Assembly: GCA_964016885.1 (NCBI GenBank)
Contig: OZ024745.1
Location: 31,806,001-31,870,000 of the forward strand
Length of the DNA stretch: 64,000 nt
Reading direction: 5' to 3'
From: Eledone cirrhosa
Lineage: Eukaryota
Of the stretch, positions 1 to 15,000 are shown piece after piece. A program made the position numbers and the translations under genes. A model generated the notes under the pieces. The model was not told where the DNA came from, did no database searches, and saw nothing but the letters and a program-made list of their open reading frames with translations. The stretch's first letter is position 1; the number at the start of each line of letters is the position of its first letter.

Positions 1-3000
1 CCGTTAAGTCACTGAGACAACCCAAGGCTAGGATCTCCACCGTCTCTAGTACCTACCGTTAAGTCACTGAGACAACCCAAGGCCAGGATATCCACCGTCT
101 CTAGTACCTACCGTTAAGTCACTGAGACAACCCAAGGCCAGGATATCCACCGTCTCTAGTACCTACCGTTAAGCCACTGAGACAACCCAAAGCCACGATC
201 TCCACCGTCTCTAGTACCTACCGTTAAGCCACTGAGACAACCCAAGGCCACGATCTCCACCGTCTCTAGTACCTACCGTTAAGTCACTGAGACAACCCAA
301 GGCCACGATCTCCACCGTCTCTAGTACCTACCGTTAAGCCACTGAGACAACCCAAAGCCACGATCTCCACCGTCTCTAGTACCTACCGTTAAGCCACTGA
401 GACAACCCAAGGCCACGATCTCCACCGTCTCTAGTACCTACCGTTAAGTCACTGAGACAACCCAAGGCCACGATCTCCACCGTCTCTAGTACCTACCGTT
501 AAGCCACTGAGACAACCCAAGGCCTCGATATCCACCGTCTCTAGTACCTACCGTTAAGTCACTGAGACAACCCAAGGCCATGATATCCACCGTCTCTAGT
601 ACCTACCGTTAAGTCACTGAGACAACCCAAGGCCACGATCTCCACCGTCTCTAGTACCTACCGTTAAGTCACTGAGACAACCCAAGGCCACGATATCCAC
701 CGTCTCTAGTACCTACCGTTAAGTCACTGAGACAACCCAAGGCCACGATATCCACCGTCTCTAGTACCTACCGTTAAGCTACTGAGACAACCCAAGGCCA
801 GGATCTCCACCGTCTCTAGTACCTACCGTTAAGCTACTGAGACAACCCAAGGCCAGGATCTCCACCGTCTCTAGTACCTACCGTTAAGTCACTGAGACAA
901 CCCAAGGCCACGATATCCACCGTCTCTAGGACCTACCGTTAAGTCACTGAGACAACCCAAGGCCACGATATCCACCGTCTCTAGTACCTACCGTTAAGTC
1001 ACTGAGACAACCCAAGGCCAGGATCTCCACCGTCTCTAGTACCTACCGTTAAGCTACTGAGACAACCCAAGGCCAGGATCTCCACCGTCTCTAGTACCTA
1101 CCGTTAAGTCACTGAGACAAACCAAGGCCACGATATCCACCGTCTCTAGTACCTACCGTTAAGTCACTGAGACAACCCAAGGCCAGGATCTCCACCGTCT
1201 CTAGTACCTACCGTTAAGTCACTGAGACAACCCAAGGCCACGATATCCACCGTCTCTAGTACCTACCGTTAAGTCACTGAGACAACCCAAGGCCAGGATC
1301 TCCACCGTCTCTAGTACCTACCGTTAAGTCACTGAGACAACCCAAGGCCACGATATCCACCGTCTCTAGTACCTACCGTTAAGTCACTGAGACAACCCAA
1401 GGCCAGGATCTCCACCGTCTCTAGTACCTACCGTTAAGTCACTGAGACAACCCAAGGCCACGATATCCACCGTCTCTAGTACCTACCGTTAAGTCACTGA
1501 GACAACCCAAGGCCACGATATCCACCGTCTCTAGTACCTACCGTTAAGCTACTGAGACAACCCAAGGCCAGGATCTCCACCGTCTCTAGTACCTACCGTT
1601 AAGTCACTGAGACAACCCAAGGCCACGATCTCCACCGTCCCTAGTACCTACCGTTAAGTCACTGAGACAACCCAAGGCCACGATATCCACCGTCTCTAGT
1701 ACCTACCGTTAAGTCACTGAGACAACCCAAGGCTAGGATCTCCACCGTCTCTAGTACCTACCGTTAAGTCACTGAGACAACCCAAGGCCACGATATCCAC
1801 CGTCTCAAGTACCTACCGTTAGGCCACTGAGACAACCCAAGGCTAGGATCTCCACCGTCTCTAGTACCTACCGTTAAGCCACTGAGACAACCCAAGGCTA
1901 GGATCTCCACCGTCTCTAGTACCTACCGTTAAGTCACTGAGACAACCCAAGGCCAGGATATCCACCGTCTCTAGTACCTACCGTTAGGCCACTGAGACAA
2001 CCCAAGGCCACGATCTCCACCGTCTCTAGTACCTACCGTTAGGCCACTGAGACAACCCAAGGCCACGATATCCACCGTCTCTAGTACCTACCGTTAGGCC
2101 ACTGAGACAACCCAAGGCCACGATATCCACCGTCTCTAGTACCTACCGTTAAGCCACTGAGACAACCCAAGGCTAGGATCTCCACCGTCTCTAGTACCTA
2201 CCGTTAAGTCACTGAGACAACCCAAGGCCAGGATATCCACCGTCTCTAGTACCTACCGTTAGGCCACTGAGACAACCCAAGGCCACGATCTCCACCGTCT
2301 CTAGTACCTACCGTTAAGCCACTGAGACAACCCAAGGCCAGGATATCCACCGTCTCTAGTACCTACCGTTAGGCCACTGAGACAACCCAAGGCCACGATA
2401 TCCACCGTCTCTAGTACCTACCGTTAAGTCACTGAGACAACCCAAGGCTAGGATATCCACCGTCTCTAGTACCTACCGTTAGGCCACTGAGACAACCCAA
2501 GGCTAGGATCTCCACCGTCTCTAGTACCTACCGTTAAGCCACTGAGACAACCCAAGGCTAGGATCTCCACCGTCTCTAGTACCTACCGTTAAGTCACTGA
2601 GACAACCCAAGGCCAGGATATCCACCGTCTCTAGTACCTACCGTTAGGCCACTGAGACAACCCAAGGCCACGATCTCCACCGTCTCTAGTACCTACCGTT
2701 AAGCCACTGAGACAACCCAAGGCCAGGATATCCACCGTCTCTAGTACCTACCGTTAGGCCACTGAGACAACCCAAGGCCACGATATCCACCGTCTCTAGT
2801 ACCTACCGTTAAGCCACTGAGACAACCCAAGGCCACGATATCCACCGTCTCTAGTACCTACCGTTAAGTCACTGAGACAACCCAAGGCCACGATATCCAC
2901 CGTCTCTAGTACCTACCGTTAAGTCACTGAGACAACCCAAGGCCACGATATCCACCGTCTCTAGTACCTACCGTTAAGTCACTGAGACAACCCAAGGCCA

Positions 3001-6000
3001 GGATATCCACCGTCTCTAGTACCTACCGTTAAGCCACTGAGACAACCCAAGGCCACGATATCCACCGTCTCTAGTACCTACCGTTAAGTCACTGAGACAA
3101 CCCAAGGCCACGATATCCACCGTCTCTAGCACCCACCGTTAGGCCACTGAGACAACCCAAGGCCACGATATCCACCGTCTCTAGTACCTACCGTTAAGCC
3201 ACTGAGACAACCCAAGGCCACGATATCCACCGTCTCTAGTACCTACCGTTAAGTCACTGAGACAACCCAAGGCCAGGATCTCCACCGTCTCTAGTACTTA
3301 CCGTTAAGCCACTGAGACAACCCAAGGCTAGGATCTCCACCGTCTCTAGTACCTACCGTTAGGCCACTGAGACAACCCAAGGCCAGGATCTCCACCGTCT
3401 CTAGTACCTACCGTTAGGCCACTGAGACAACCCAAGGCCAGGATCTCCACCGTCTCTAGTACCTACCGTTAAGTCACTGAGACAACCCAAGGCCAGGATA
3501 TCCACCGTCTCTAGTACCTACCGTTAAGTCACTGAGACAACCCAAGGCCACGATCTCCACCGTCTCTAGTACCTACCGTTAGGTCACTGAGACAACCCAA
3601 GGCCACGATCTCCACCGTCTCTAGTACCTACCGTTAAGTCACTGAGACAACCCAAGGCCACGATCTCCACCGTCTCTAGTACCTACCGTTAAGTCACTGA
3701 GACAACTCAAGGCCACGATCTCCACCGTCTCTAGTACCTACCGTTAGGCCACTGAGACAACCCAAGGCCAGGATCTCCACCGTCTCTAGTACCTACCGTT
3801 AAGTCACTGAGACAACCCAAGGCCAGGATCTCCACCGTCTCTAGTACCTACCGTTAAGTCACTGAGACAACCCAAGGCCACGATATCCACCGTCTCTAGT
3901 ACCTACCGTTAAGTCACTGAGACAACCCAAGGCCACGATCTCCACCGTCTCTAGTACCTACCGTTAAGTCACTGAGACAACCCAAGGCCACGATCTCCAC
4001 CGTCTCTAGTACCTACCGTTAAGTCACTGAGACAACCCAAGGCCACGATCTCCACCGTCTCTAGTACCTACCGTTAGGCCACTGAGACAACCCAAGGCCA
4101 GGATATCCACCGTCTCTAGTACCTACCGTTAAGTCACTGAGACAACCCAAGGCCAGGATCTCCACCGTCTCTAGTACCTACCGTTAAGTCACTGAGACAA
4201 CCCAAGGCCACGATCTCCACCGTCTCTAGTACCTACCGTTAAGTCACTGAGACAACCCAAGGCCAGGATCTCCACCGTCTCTAGTACCTACCGTTAAGTC
4301 ACTGAGACAACCCAAGGCCACGATCTCCACCGTCTCTAGTACCTACCGTTAAGTCACTGAGACAACCCAAGGCCACGATATCCACCGTCTCAAGTACCTA
4401 CCGTTAGGCCACTGAGACAACCCAAGGCTAGGATCTCCACCGTCTCTAGTACCTACCGTTAAGTCACTGAGACAACCCAAGGCCAGGATCTCCACCGTCT
4501 CTAGTACCTACCGTTAAGTCACTGAGACAACCCAAGGCCAGGATCTCCACCGTCTCTAGTACCTACCGTTAGGCCACTGAGACAACCCAAGGCCACGATC
4601 TCCACCGTCTCTAGTACCTACCGTTAAGCCACTGAGACAACCCAAGGCCACGATATCCACCGTTTCTAGTACCTGCCGTTAAGTCACTGAGACAACCCAA
4701 GGCCACGATCTCCACCGTCTCTAGTACCTACCGTTAAGCCACTGAGACAACCCAAGGCCACGATATCCACCGTTTCTAGTACCTGCCGTTAAGCCACTGA
4801 GACAACCCAAGGCCACGATATCCACCGTCTCTAGTACCTACCGTTAAGCCACTGAGACAACCCAAGGCCAGGATCTCCACCGTCTCTAGTACCTACCGTT
4901 AAGTCACTGAGACAACCCAAGGCCAGTATATCCACCGTCTCTAATACCTACCGTTAAGCCACTGAGACAACCCAAGGCCAGGATATCCACCGTCTCTAGT
5001 ACCTACCGTTAAGTCACTGAGACAACCCAAGGCCAGTATATCCACCGTCTCTAATACCTACCGTTAAGCCACTGAGACAACCCAAGGCCAGGATATCCAC
5101 CGTCTCTAGTACCTACCGTTAAGTCACTGAGACAACCCAAGGCCAGGATATCCACCGTCTCTAGTACCTACCGTTAAGCCACTGAGACAACCCAAGGCCA
5201 GGATATCCACCGTCTCTAGTACCTACCGTTAGGCCACTGAGACAACCCAAGGCCAGGATATCCACCGTCTCTAGTACCTACCGTTAAGTCACTGAGACAA
5301 CCCAAGGCCAGGATATCCACCGTCTCTAGTACCTACCGTTAAGCCACTGAGACAACCCAAGGCTAGGATCTCCACCGTCTCTAGTACCTACCGTTAAGTC
5401 ACTGAGACAACCCAAGGCCAGGATATCCACCGTCTCTAGTACCTACCGTTAAGTCACTGAGACAACCCAAGGCCAGGATATCCACCGTCTCTAGTACCTA
5501 CCGTTAGGCCACTGAGACAACCCAAGGCCAGGATATCCACCGTCTCTAGTACCTACCGTTAAGTCACTGAGACAACCCAAGGCCAGGATATCCACCGTCT
5601 CTAGTACCTACCGTTAAGTCACTGAGACAACCCAAGGCCAGGATCTCCACCGTCTCTAGTACCTACCGTTAGGCCACTGAGACAACCCAAGGCCAGGATA
5701 TCCACCATCTCTAGTACCTACCGTTAAGTCACTGAGACAACCCAAGGCCAGGATATCCACCGTCTCTAGTACCTACCGTTAAGTCACTGAGACAACCCAA
5801 GGCCAGGATATCCACCGTCTCTAGTACCTACCGTTAGGCCACTGAGACAACCCAAGGCCAGGATCTCCACCGTCTCTAGTACCTACCGTTAAGTCACTGA
5901 GACAACCCAAGGCCAGGATATCCACCGTCTCTAGTACCTACCGTTAAGTCACTGAGACAACCCAAGGCCAGGATCTCCACCGTCTCTAGTACCTACCGTT

Positions 6001-9000
6001 AGGCCACTGAGACAACCCAAGGCCAGGATCTCCACCGTCTCTAGTACCTACCGTTAAGTCACTGAGACAACCCAAGGCCAGGATCTCCACCGTCTCTAGT
6101 ACCTACCGTTAGGCCACTGAGACAACCCAAGGCCACGATCTCCACCGTCTCTAGTACCTACCGTTAAGTCACTGACACAACCCAAGCCCAGGATATCCAC
6201 CGTCTCTAGTACCTACCGTTAAGTCACTGAGACAACCCAAGGCCAGGATATCCACCGTCTCTAGTACCTACCGTTAAGCCACTGAGACAACCCAAAGCCA
6301 CGATCTCCACCGTCGCTAGTACCTACCGTTAAGCCACTGAGACAACCCAAGGCCACGATCTCCACCGTCTCTAGTACCTACCGTTAAGTCACTGAGACAA
6401 CCCAAGGCCACGATCTCCACCGTCTCTAGTACCTACCGTTAAGCCACTGAGACAATCCAAAGCCACGATCTCCACCGTCTCTAGTACCTACCGTTAAGCC
6501 ACTGAGACAACCCAAGGCCACGATCTCCACCGTCTCTAGTACCTACCGTTAAGTCACTGAGACAACCCAAGGCCACGATCTCCACCGTCTCTAGTACCTA
6601 CCGTTAAGCCACTGAGACAACCCAAGGCCTCGATATCCACCGTCTCTAGTACCTACCGTTAAGTCACTGAGACAACCCAAGGCCATGATATCCACCGTCT
6701 CTAGTACCTACCGTTAAGTCACTGAGACAACCCAAGGCCACGATCTCCACCGTCTCTAGTACCTACCGTTAAGTCACTGAGACAACCCAAGGCCACGATA
6801 TCCACCGTCTCTAGTACCTACCGTTAAGCTACTGAGACAACCCAAGGCCAGGATCTCCACCGTCTCTAGAACCTACCGTTAAGCTACTGAGACAACCCAA
6901 GGCCAGGATCTCCACCGTCTCTAGTACCTACCGTTAAGTCACTGAGACAACCCAAGGCCACGATATCCACCGTCTCTAGTACCTACCGTTAAGTCACTGA
7001 GACAACCCAAGGCCACGATATCCACCGTCTCTAGTACCTACCGTTAAGTCACTGAGACAACCCAAGGCCAGGATCTCCACCGTCTCTAGTACCTACCGTT
7101 AAGCTACTGAGACAACCCAAGGCCAGGATCTCCACCGTCTCTAGTACCTACCGTTAAGTCACTGAGACAACCCAAGGCCACGATATCCACCGTCTCTAGT
7201 ACATACCGTTAAGTCACTGAGACAACCCAAGGCCAGGATCTCCACCGTCTCTAGTACCTACCGTTAAGTCACTGAGACAACCCAAGGCCACGATATCCAC
7301 CGTCTCTAGTACCTACCGTTAAGTCACTGAGACAACCCAAGGCCAGGATCTCCACCGTCTCTAGTACCTACCGTTAAGTCACTGAGACAACCCAAGGCCA
7401 CGATATCCACCGTCTCTAGTACCTACCGTTAAGTCACTGAGACAACCCAAGGCCAGGATCTCCACCGTCTCTAGTACCTACCGTTAAGTCACTGAGACAA
7501 CCCAAGGCCACGATATCCACCGTCTCTAGTACCTACCGTTAAGTCACTGAGACAACCCAAGGCCAGGATCTCCACCGTCTCTAGTACCTACCGTTAAGTC
7601 ACTGAAACAACCCAAGGCCACGATATCCACCGTCTCTAGTACCTACCGTTAAGTCACTGAGACAACCCAAGGCCACGATATCCACCGTCTCTAGTACCTA
7701 CCGTTAAGCTACTGAGACAACCCAAGGCCAGGATCTCCACCGTCTCTAGTACCTACCGTTAAGTCACTGAGACAACCCAAGGCCACGATCTCCACCGTCT
7801 CTAGTACCTACCGTTAAGTCACTGAGACAACCCAAGGCCACGATATCCACCGTCTCTAGTACCTACCGTTAAGTCACTGAGACAACCCAAGGCTAGGATC
7901 TCCACCGTCTCTAGTACCTACCGTTAAGTCACTGAGACAACCCAAGGCCACGATATCCACCGTCTCAAGTACCTACCGTTAGGCCACTGAGACAACCCAA
8001 GGCTAGGATCTCCACCGTCTCTAGTACCTACCGTTAAGCCACTGAGACAACCCAAGGCTAGGATCTCCACCGTCTCTAGTACCTACCGTTAAGTCACTGA
8101 GACAACCCAAGGCCACGATTTCCACCGTCTCTAGTACCTACCGTTAAGTCACTGAGACAACCCAAGGCCAGGATATCCACCGTCTCTAGTACCTACCGTT
8201 AGGCCACTGAGACAACCCAAGGCCACGATCTCCACCGTCTCTAGTACCTACCGTTAAGCCACTGAGACAACCCAAGGCCAGGATATCCACCGTCTCTAGT
8301 ACCTACCGTTAGGCCACTGAGACAACCCAAGGCCACGATATCCACCGTCTCTAGTACCTACCGTTAAGCCACTGAGACAACCCAAGGCCACGATATCCAC
8401 CGTCTCTAGTACCTACCGTTAAGTCACTGAGACAACCCAAGGCCACGATATCCACAGTCTCTAGTACCTACCGTTAAGTCACTGAGACAACCCAAGGCCA
8501 CGATATCCACCGTCTCTAGTACCTACCGTTAAGTCACTGAGACAACCCAAGGCCAGGATATCCACCGTCTCTAGTACCTACCGTTAAGCCACTGAGACAA
8601 CCCAAGGCCACGATATCCACCGTCTCTAGTACCTACCGTTAAGTCACTGAGACAACCCAAGGCCACGATCTCCACCGTCTCTAGTACCTACCGTTAAGCC
8701 ACTGAGACAACCCAAGGCCTCGATATCCACCGTCTCTAGTACCTACCGTTAAGTCACTGAGACAACCCAAGGCCATGATATCCACCGTCTCTAGTACCTA
8801 CCGTTAAGTCACTGAGACAACCCAAGGCCACGATCTCCACCGTCTCTAGTACCTACCGTTAAGTCACTGAGACAACCCAAGGCCACGATATCCACCGTCT
8901 CTAGTACCTACCGTTAAGCTACTGAGACAACCCAAGGCCAGGATCTCCACCGTCTCTAGAACCTACCGTTAAGCTACTGAGACAACCCAAGGCCAGGATC

Positions 9001-12000
9001 TCCACCGTCTTTAGTACCTACCGTTAAGTCACTGAGACAACCCAAGGCCACGATATCCACCGTCTCTAGTACCTACCGTGAAGTCACTGAGACAACCCAA
9101 GGCCACGATATCCACCCTCTCTAGTACCTACCGTTAAGTCACTGAGACAACCCAAGGCCAGGATCTCCACCGTCTCTAGTACCTACCGTTAAGCTACTGA
9201 GACAACCCAAGGCCAGGATCTCCACCGTCTCTAGTACCTACCGTTAAGTCACTGAGACAACCCAAGGCCACGATATCCACCGTCTCTAGTACCTACCGTT
9301 AAGTCACTGAGACAACCCAAGGCCAGGATCTCCACCGTCTCTAGTACCTACCGTTAAGTCACTGAGACAACCCAAGGCCACGATATCCACCGTCTCTAGT
9401 ACCTACCGTTAAGTCACTGAGACAACCCAAGGCCAGGATCTCCACCGTCTCTAGTACCTACCGTTAAGTCACTGAGACAACCCAAGGCCACGATATCCAC
9501 CGTCTCTAGTACCTACCGTTAAGTCACTGAGACAACCCAAGGCCAGGATCTCCACCGTCTCTAGTACCTACCGTTAAGTCACTGAGACAACCCAAGGCCA
9601 CGATATCCACCGTCTCTAGTACCTACCGTTAAGTCACTGAGACAACCCAAGGCCAGGATCTCCACCGTCTCTAGTACCTACCGTTAAGTCACTGAGACAA
9701 CCCAAGGCCACGATATCCACCGTCTCTAGTACCTACCGTTAAGTCACTGAGACAACCCAAGGCCAGGATCTCCACCGTCTCTAGTACCTACCGTTAAGTC
9801 ACTGAAACAACCCAAGGCCACGATATCCACCGTCTCTAGTACCTACCGTTAAGTCACTGAGACAACCCAAGGCCACGATATCCACCGTCTCTAGTACCTA
9901 CCGTTAAGCTACTGAGACAACCCAAGGCCAGGATCTCCACCGTCTCTAGTACCTACCGTTAAGTCACTGAGACAACCCAAGGTTACGATCTCCACCGTCT
10001 CTAGTACCTACCGTTAAGTCACTGAGACAACCCAAGGCCACGATATCCACCGTCTCTAGTACCTACCGTTAAGTCACTGAGACAACCCAAGGCTAGGATC
10101 TCCACCGTCTCTAGTACCTACCGTTAAGTCACTGAGACAACCCAAGGCCACGATATCCACCGTCTCAAGTACCTACCGTTAGGCCACTGAGACAACCCAA
10201 GGCTAGGATCTCCACCGTCTCTAGTACCTACCGTTAAGCCACTGAGACAACCCAAGGCTAGGATCTCCACCGTCTCTAGTACCTACCGTTAAGTCACTGA
10301 GACAACCCAAGGCCAGGATATCCACCGTCTCTAGTACCTACCGTTAGGCCACTGAGACAACCCAAGGCCACGATCTCCACCGTCTCTAGTACCTACCGTT
10401 AAGCCACTGAGACAACCCAAGGCCAGGATATCCACCGTCTCTAGTACCTACCGTTAGGCCACTGAGACAACCCAAGGCCACGATATCCACCGTCTCTAGT
10501 ACCTACCGTTAAGCCACTGAGACAACCCAAGGCCACGATATCCACCGTCTCTAGTACCTACCGTTAAGTCACTGAGACAACCCAAGGCCACGATATCCAC
10601 CGTCTCTAGTACCTACCGTTAAGTCACTGAGACAACCCAAGGCCACGATATCCACCGTCTCTAGTACCTACCGTTAAGTCACTGAGACAACCCAAGGCCA
10701 GGATATCCACCGTCTCTAGTACCTACCGTTAAGCCACTGAGACAACCCAAGGCCACGATATCCACCGTCTCTAGTACCTACCGTTAAGTCACTGAGACAA
10801 CCCAAGGCCACGATATCCACCTTCTCTAGCACCTACCGTTAGGCCACTGAGACAACCCAAGGCCACGATATCCACCGTCTCTAGTACCTACCGTTAAGCC
10901 ACTGAGACAACCCAAGGCCACGATATCCACCGTCTCTAGTACCTACCGTTAAGCCACTGAGACAACCCAAGGCTAGGATCTCCACCGTCTCTAGTACCTA
11001 CCGTTAGGCCACTGAGACAACCCAAGGCCAGGATCTCCACCGTCTCTAGTACCTACCGTTAGGCCACTGAGACAACCCAAGGCCAGGATCTCCACCGTCT
11101 CTAGTACCTACCGTTAAGTCACTGAGACAACCCAAGGCCAGGATCTCCACCGTCTCTAGTACCTACCGTTAAGTCACTGAGACAACCCTAGGCCACGATC
11201 TCCACCGTCTCTAGTACCTACCGTTAGGCCACTGAGACAACCCAAGGCCAGGATCTCCACCGTCTCTAGTACCTACCGTTAAGTCACTGAGACAACCCAA
11301 GGCCAGGATCTCCACCGTCTCTAGTACCTTCCGTTAAGTCACTGAGACAACCCAAGGCCACGATCTCCACCGTCTCTAGTACCTACCGTTAGGCCACTGA
11401 GACAACCCAAAGCCAGGATCTCCACCGTCTCTAGTACCTACCGTTAAGTCACTGAGACAACCCAAGGCCAGGATCTCCACCGTCTCTAGTACCTACCGTT
11501 AAGTCACTGAGACAACCCAAGGCCACGATATCCACCGTCTCTAGTACCTACCGTTAAGTCACTGAGACAACCCAAGGCCACGATCTCCACCGTCTCTAGT
11601 ACCTACCGTTAAGTCACTGAGACAACCCAAGGCCACGATCTCCACCGTCTCTAGTACCTACCGTTAAGTCACTGAGACAACCCAAGGCCACGATCTCCAC
11701 CGTCTCTAGTACCTACCGTTAGGCCACTGAGACAACCCAAGGCCAGGATATCCACCGTCTCTAGTACCTACCGTTAAGTCACTGAGACAACCCAAGGCCA
11801 GGATCTCCACCGTCTCTAGTACCTACCGTTAAGTCACTGAGACAACCCAAGGCCAGGATCTCCACCGTCTCTAGTACCTACCGTTAAGTCACTGAGACAA
11901 CCCAAGGCCACGATCTCCACCGTCTCTAGTACCTACCGTTAAGTCACTGAGACAACCCAAGGCCAGGATCTCCACCGTCTCTAGTACCTACCGTTAAGTC

Positions 12001-15000
12001 ACTGAGACAACCCAAGGCCAGGATCTCCACCGTCTCTAGTACCTACCGTTAGGCCACTGAGACAACCCAAGGCCACGATCTCCACCGTCTCTAGTACCTA
12101 CCGTTAAGCCACTGAGACAACCCAAGGCCACGATATCCACCGTTTCTAGTACCTGCCGTTAAGTCACTGAGACAAACCAAGGCCACGATCTCCACCGTCT
12201 CTAGTACCTACCGTTAAGCCACTGAGACAACCCAAGGCCACGATATCCACCGTTTCTAGTACCTGCCGTTAAGCCACTGAGACAACCCAAGGCCACGATA
12301 TCCACCGTCTCTAGTACCTACCGTTAAGCCACTGAGACAACCCAAGGCCAGGATCTCCACCGTCTCTAGTACCTACCGTTAAGTCACTGAGACAACCCAA
12401 GGCCAGTATATCCACCGTCTCTAATACCTACCGTTAAGCCACTGAGACAACCCAAGGCCAGGATATCCACCGTCTCTAGTACCTACCGTTAAGTCACTGA
12501 GACAACCCAAGGCCAGGATATCCACCGTCTCTAGTACCTACCGTTAAGCCACTGAGACAACCCAAGGCCAGGATATCCACCGTCTCTAGTACCTACCGTT
12601 AAGCCACTGAGACAACCCAAGGCCACGATATCCACCGTCTCTAGTACCTACCGCTAAGTCACTGAGACAACCCAAGGCCACGATATCCACCGTCTCTAGC
12701 ACCTACCGTTAGGCCACTGAGACAACCCAAGGCCACGATATCCACCGTCTCTAGTACCTACCGTTAAGCCACTGAGACAACCCAAGGCCACGATATCCAC
12801 CGTCTCTAGTACCTACCGTTAAGTCACTGAGACAACCCAAGGCCACGATATCCACCGTCTCTAGTACCTACCGTTAAGCCACTGAGACAACCCAAGGCCA
12901 GGATCTCCACCGTCTCTAGTACCTACCGTTAGGCCACTGAGACAACCCAAGGCCAGGATCTCCACCGTCTCTAGTACCTACCGTTAGGCCACTGAGACAA
13001 CCCAAGGCCAGGATCTCCACCGTCTCTAGTACCTACCGTTAGGCCACTGAGACAACCCAAGGCCAGGATCTCCACCGTCTCTAGTACCTACCGTTAAGTC
13101 ACTGAGACAACCCAAGGCCAGGATCTCCACCGTCTCTAGTACCTACCGTTAAGTCACTGAGACAACCCAAGGCCAGGATCTCCACCGTCTCTAGTACCTA
13201 CCGTTAAGCCACTGAGACAACCCAAGGCCAGGATCTCCACCGTCTCTAGTACCTACCGTTAGGCCACTGAGACAACCCAAGGCCAGGATCTCCACCGTCT
13301 CTAGTACCTACCGTTAGGCCACTGAGACAACCCAAGGCCACGATCTCCACCGTCTCTAGTACCTACCGTTAGGCCACTGAGACAACCCAAGGCCAGGATC
13401 TCCACCGTCTCTAGTACCTACCGTTAGGCCACTGAGACAACCCAAGGCCAGGATCTCCACCGTCTCTAGTACCTACCGTTAGGCCACTGAGACAACCCAA
13501 GGCCAGGATCTCCACCGTCTCTAGTACCTACCGTTAGGCCACTGAGACAACCCAAGGCCAGGATCTCCACCGTCTCTAGTACCTACCGTTAAGTCACTGA
13601 GACAACCCAAGGCCAGGATCTCCACCGTCTCTAGTACCTACCGTTAAGTCACTGAGACAACCCAAGGCCAGGATCTCCACCGTCTCTAGTACCTACCGTT
13701 AAGCCACTGAGACAACCCAAGGCCAGGATCTCCACCGTCTCTAGTACCTACCGTTAGGCCACTGAGACAACCCAAGGCCAGGATCTCCACCGTCTCTAGT
13801 ACCTACCGTTAGGCCACTGAGACAACCCAAGGCCAGGATCTCCACCGTCTCTAGTACCTACCGTTAAGTCACTGAGACAACCCAAGGCCAGGATCTCCAC
13901 CGTCTCTAGTACCTACCGTTAAGTCACTGAGACAACCCAAGGCCACGATCTCCACCGTCTCTAGTACCTACCGTTAGGCCACTGAGACAACCCAAGGCCA
14001 GGATCTCCACCGTCTCTAGTACCTACCGTTAAGTCACTGAGACAACCCAAGGCCAGGATCTCCACCGTCTCTAGTACCTACCGTTAAGTCACTGAGACAA
14101 CCCAAGGCCAGGATCTCCACCGTCTCTAGTACCTACCGTTAAGTCACTGAGACAACCCAAGGCCACGATATCCACCGTCTCTAGTACCTACCGTTAAGTC
14201 ACTGAGACAACCCAAGGCCACGATCTCCACCGTCTCTAGTACCTACCGTTAAGTCACTGAGACAACCCAAGGCCACGATCTCCACCGTCTCTAGTACCTA
14301 CCGTTAAGTCACTGAGACAACCCAAGGCCACGATCTCCACCGTCTCTAGTACCTACCGTTAAGCCACTGAGACAACCCAAGGCCAGGATCTCCACCGTCT
14401 CTAGTACCTACCGTTAAGTCACTGAGACAACCCAAGGCCACGATCTCCACCGTCTCTAGTACCTACCGTTAAGTCACTGAGACAACCCAAGGCCAGGATC
14501 TCCACCGTCTCTAGTACCTACCGTTAAGCCACTGAGACAACCCAAGGCCAGGATCTCCACCGTCTCTAGTACCTACCGTTAAGTCACTGAGACAACCCAA
14601 GGCCACGATCTCCACCGTCTCTAGTACCTACCGTTAAGTCACTGAGACAACCCAAGGCCAGGATCTCCACCGTCTCTAGTACCTACCGTTAAGTCACTGA
14701 GACAACCCAAGGCCAGGATCTCCACCGTCTCTAGTACCTACCGTTAGGCCACTGAGACAACCCAAGGCCACGATCTCCACCGTCTCTAGTACCTACCGTT
14801 AAGTCACTGAGACAACCCAAGGCCACGATATCCACCGTCTCTAGTACCTACCGTTAAGCCACTGAGACAACCCAAGGCCAGGATCTCCACCGTCTCTAGT
14901 ACCTACCGTTAAGTCACTGAGACAACCCAAGGCCACGATATCCACCGTCTCTAGTACCTACCGTTAAGCCACTGAGACAACCCAAGGCCAGGATATCCAC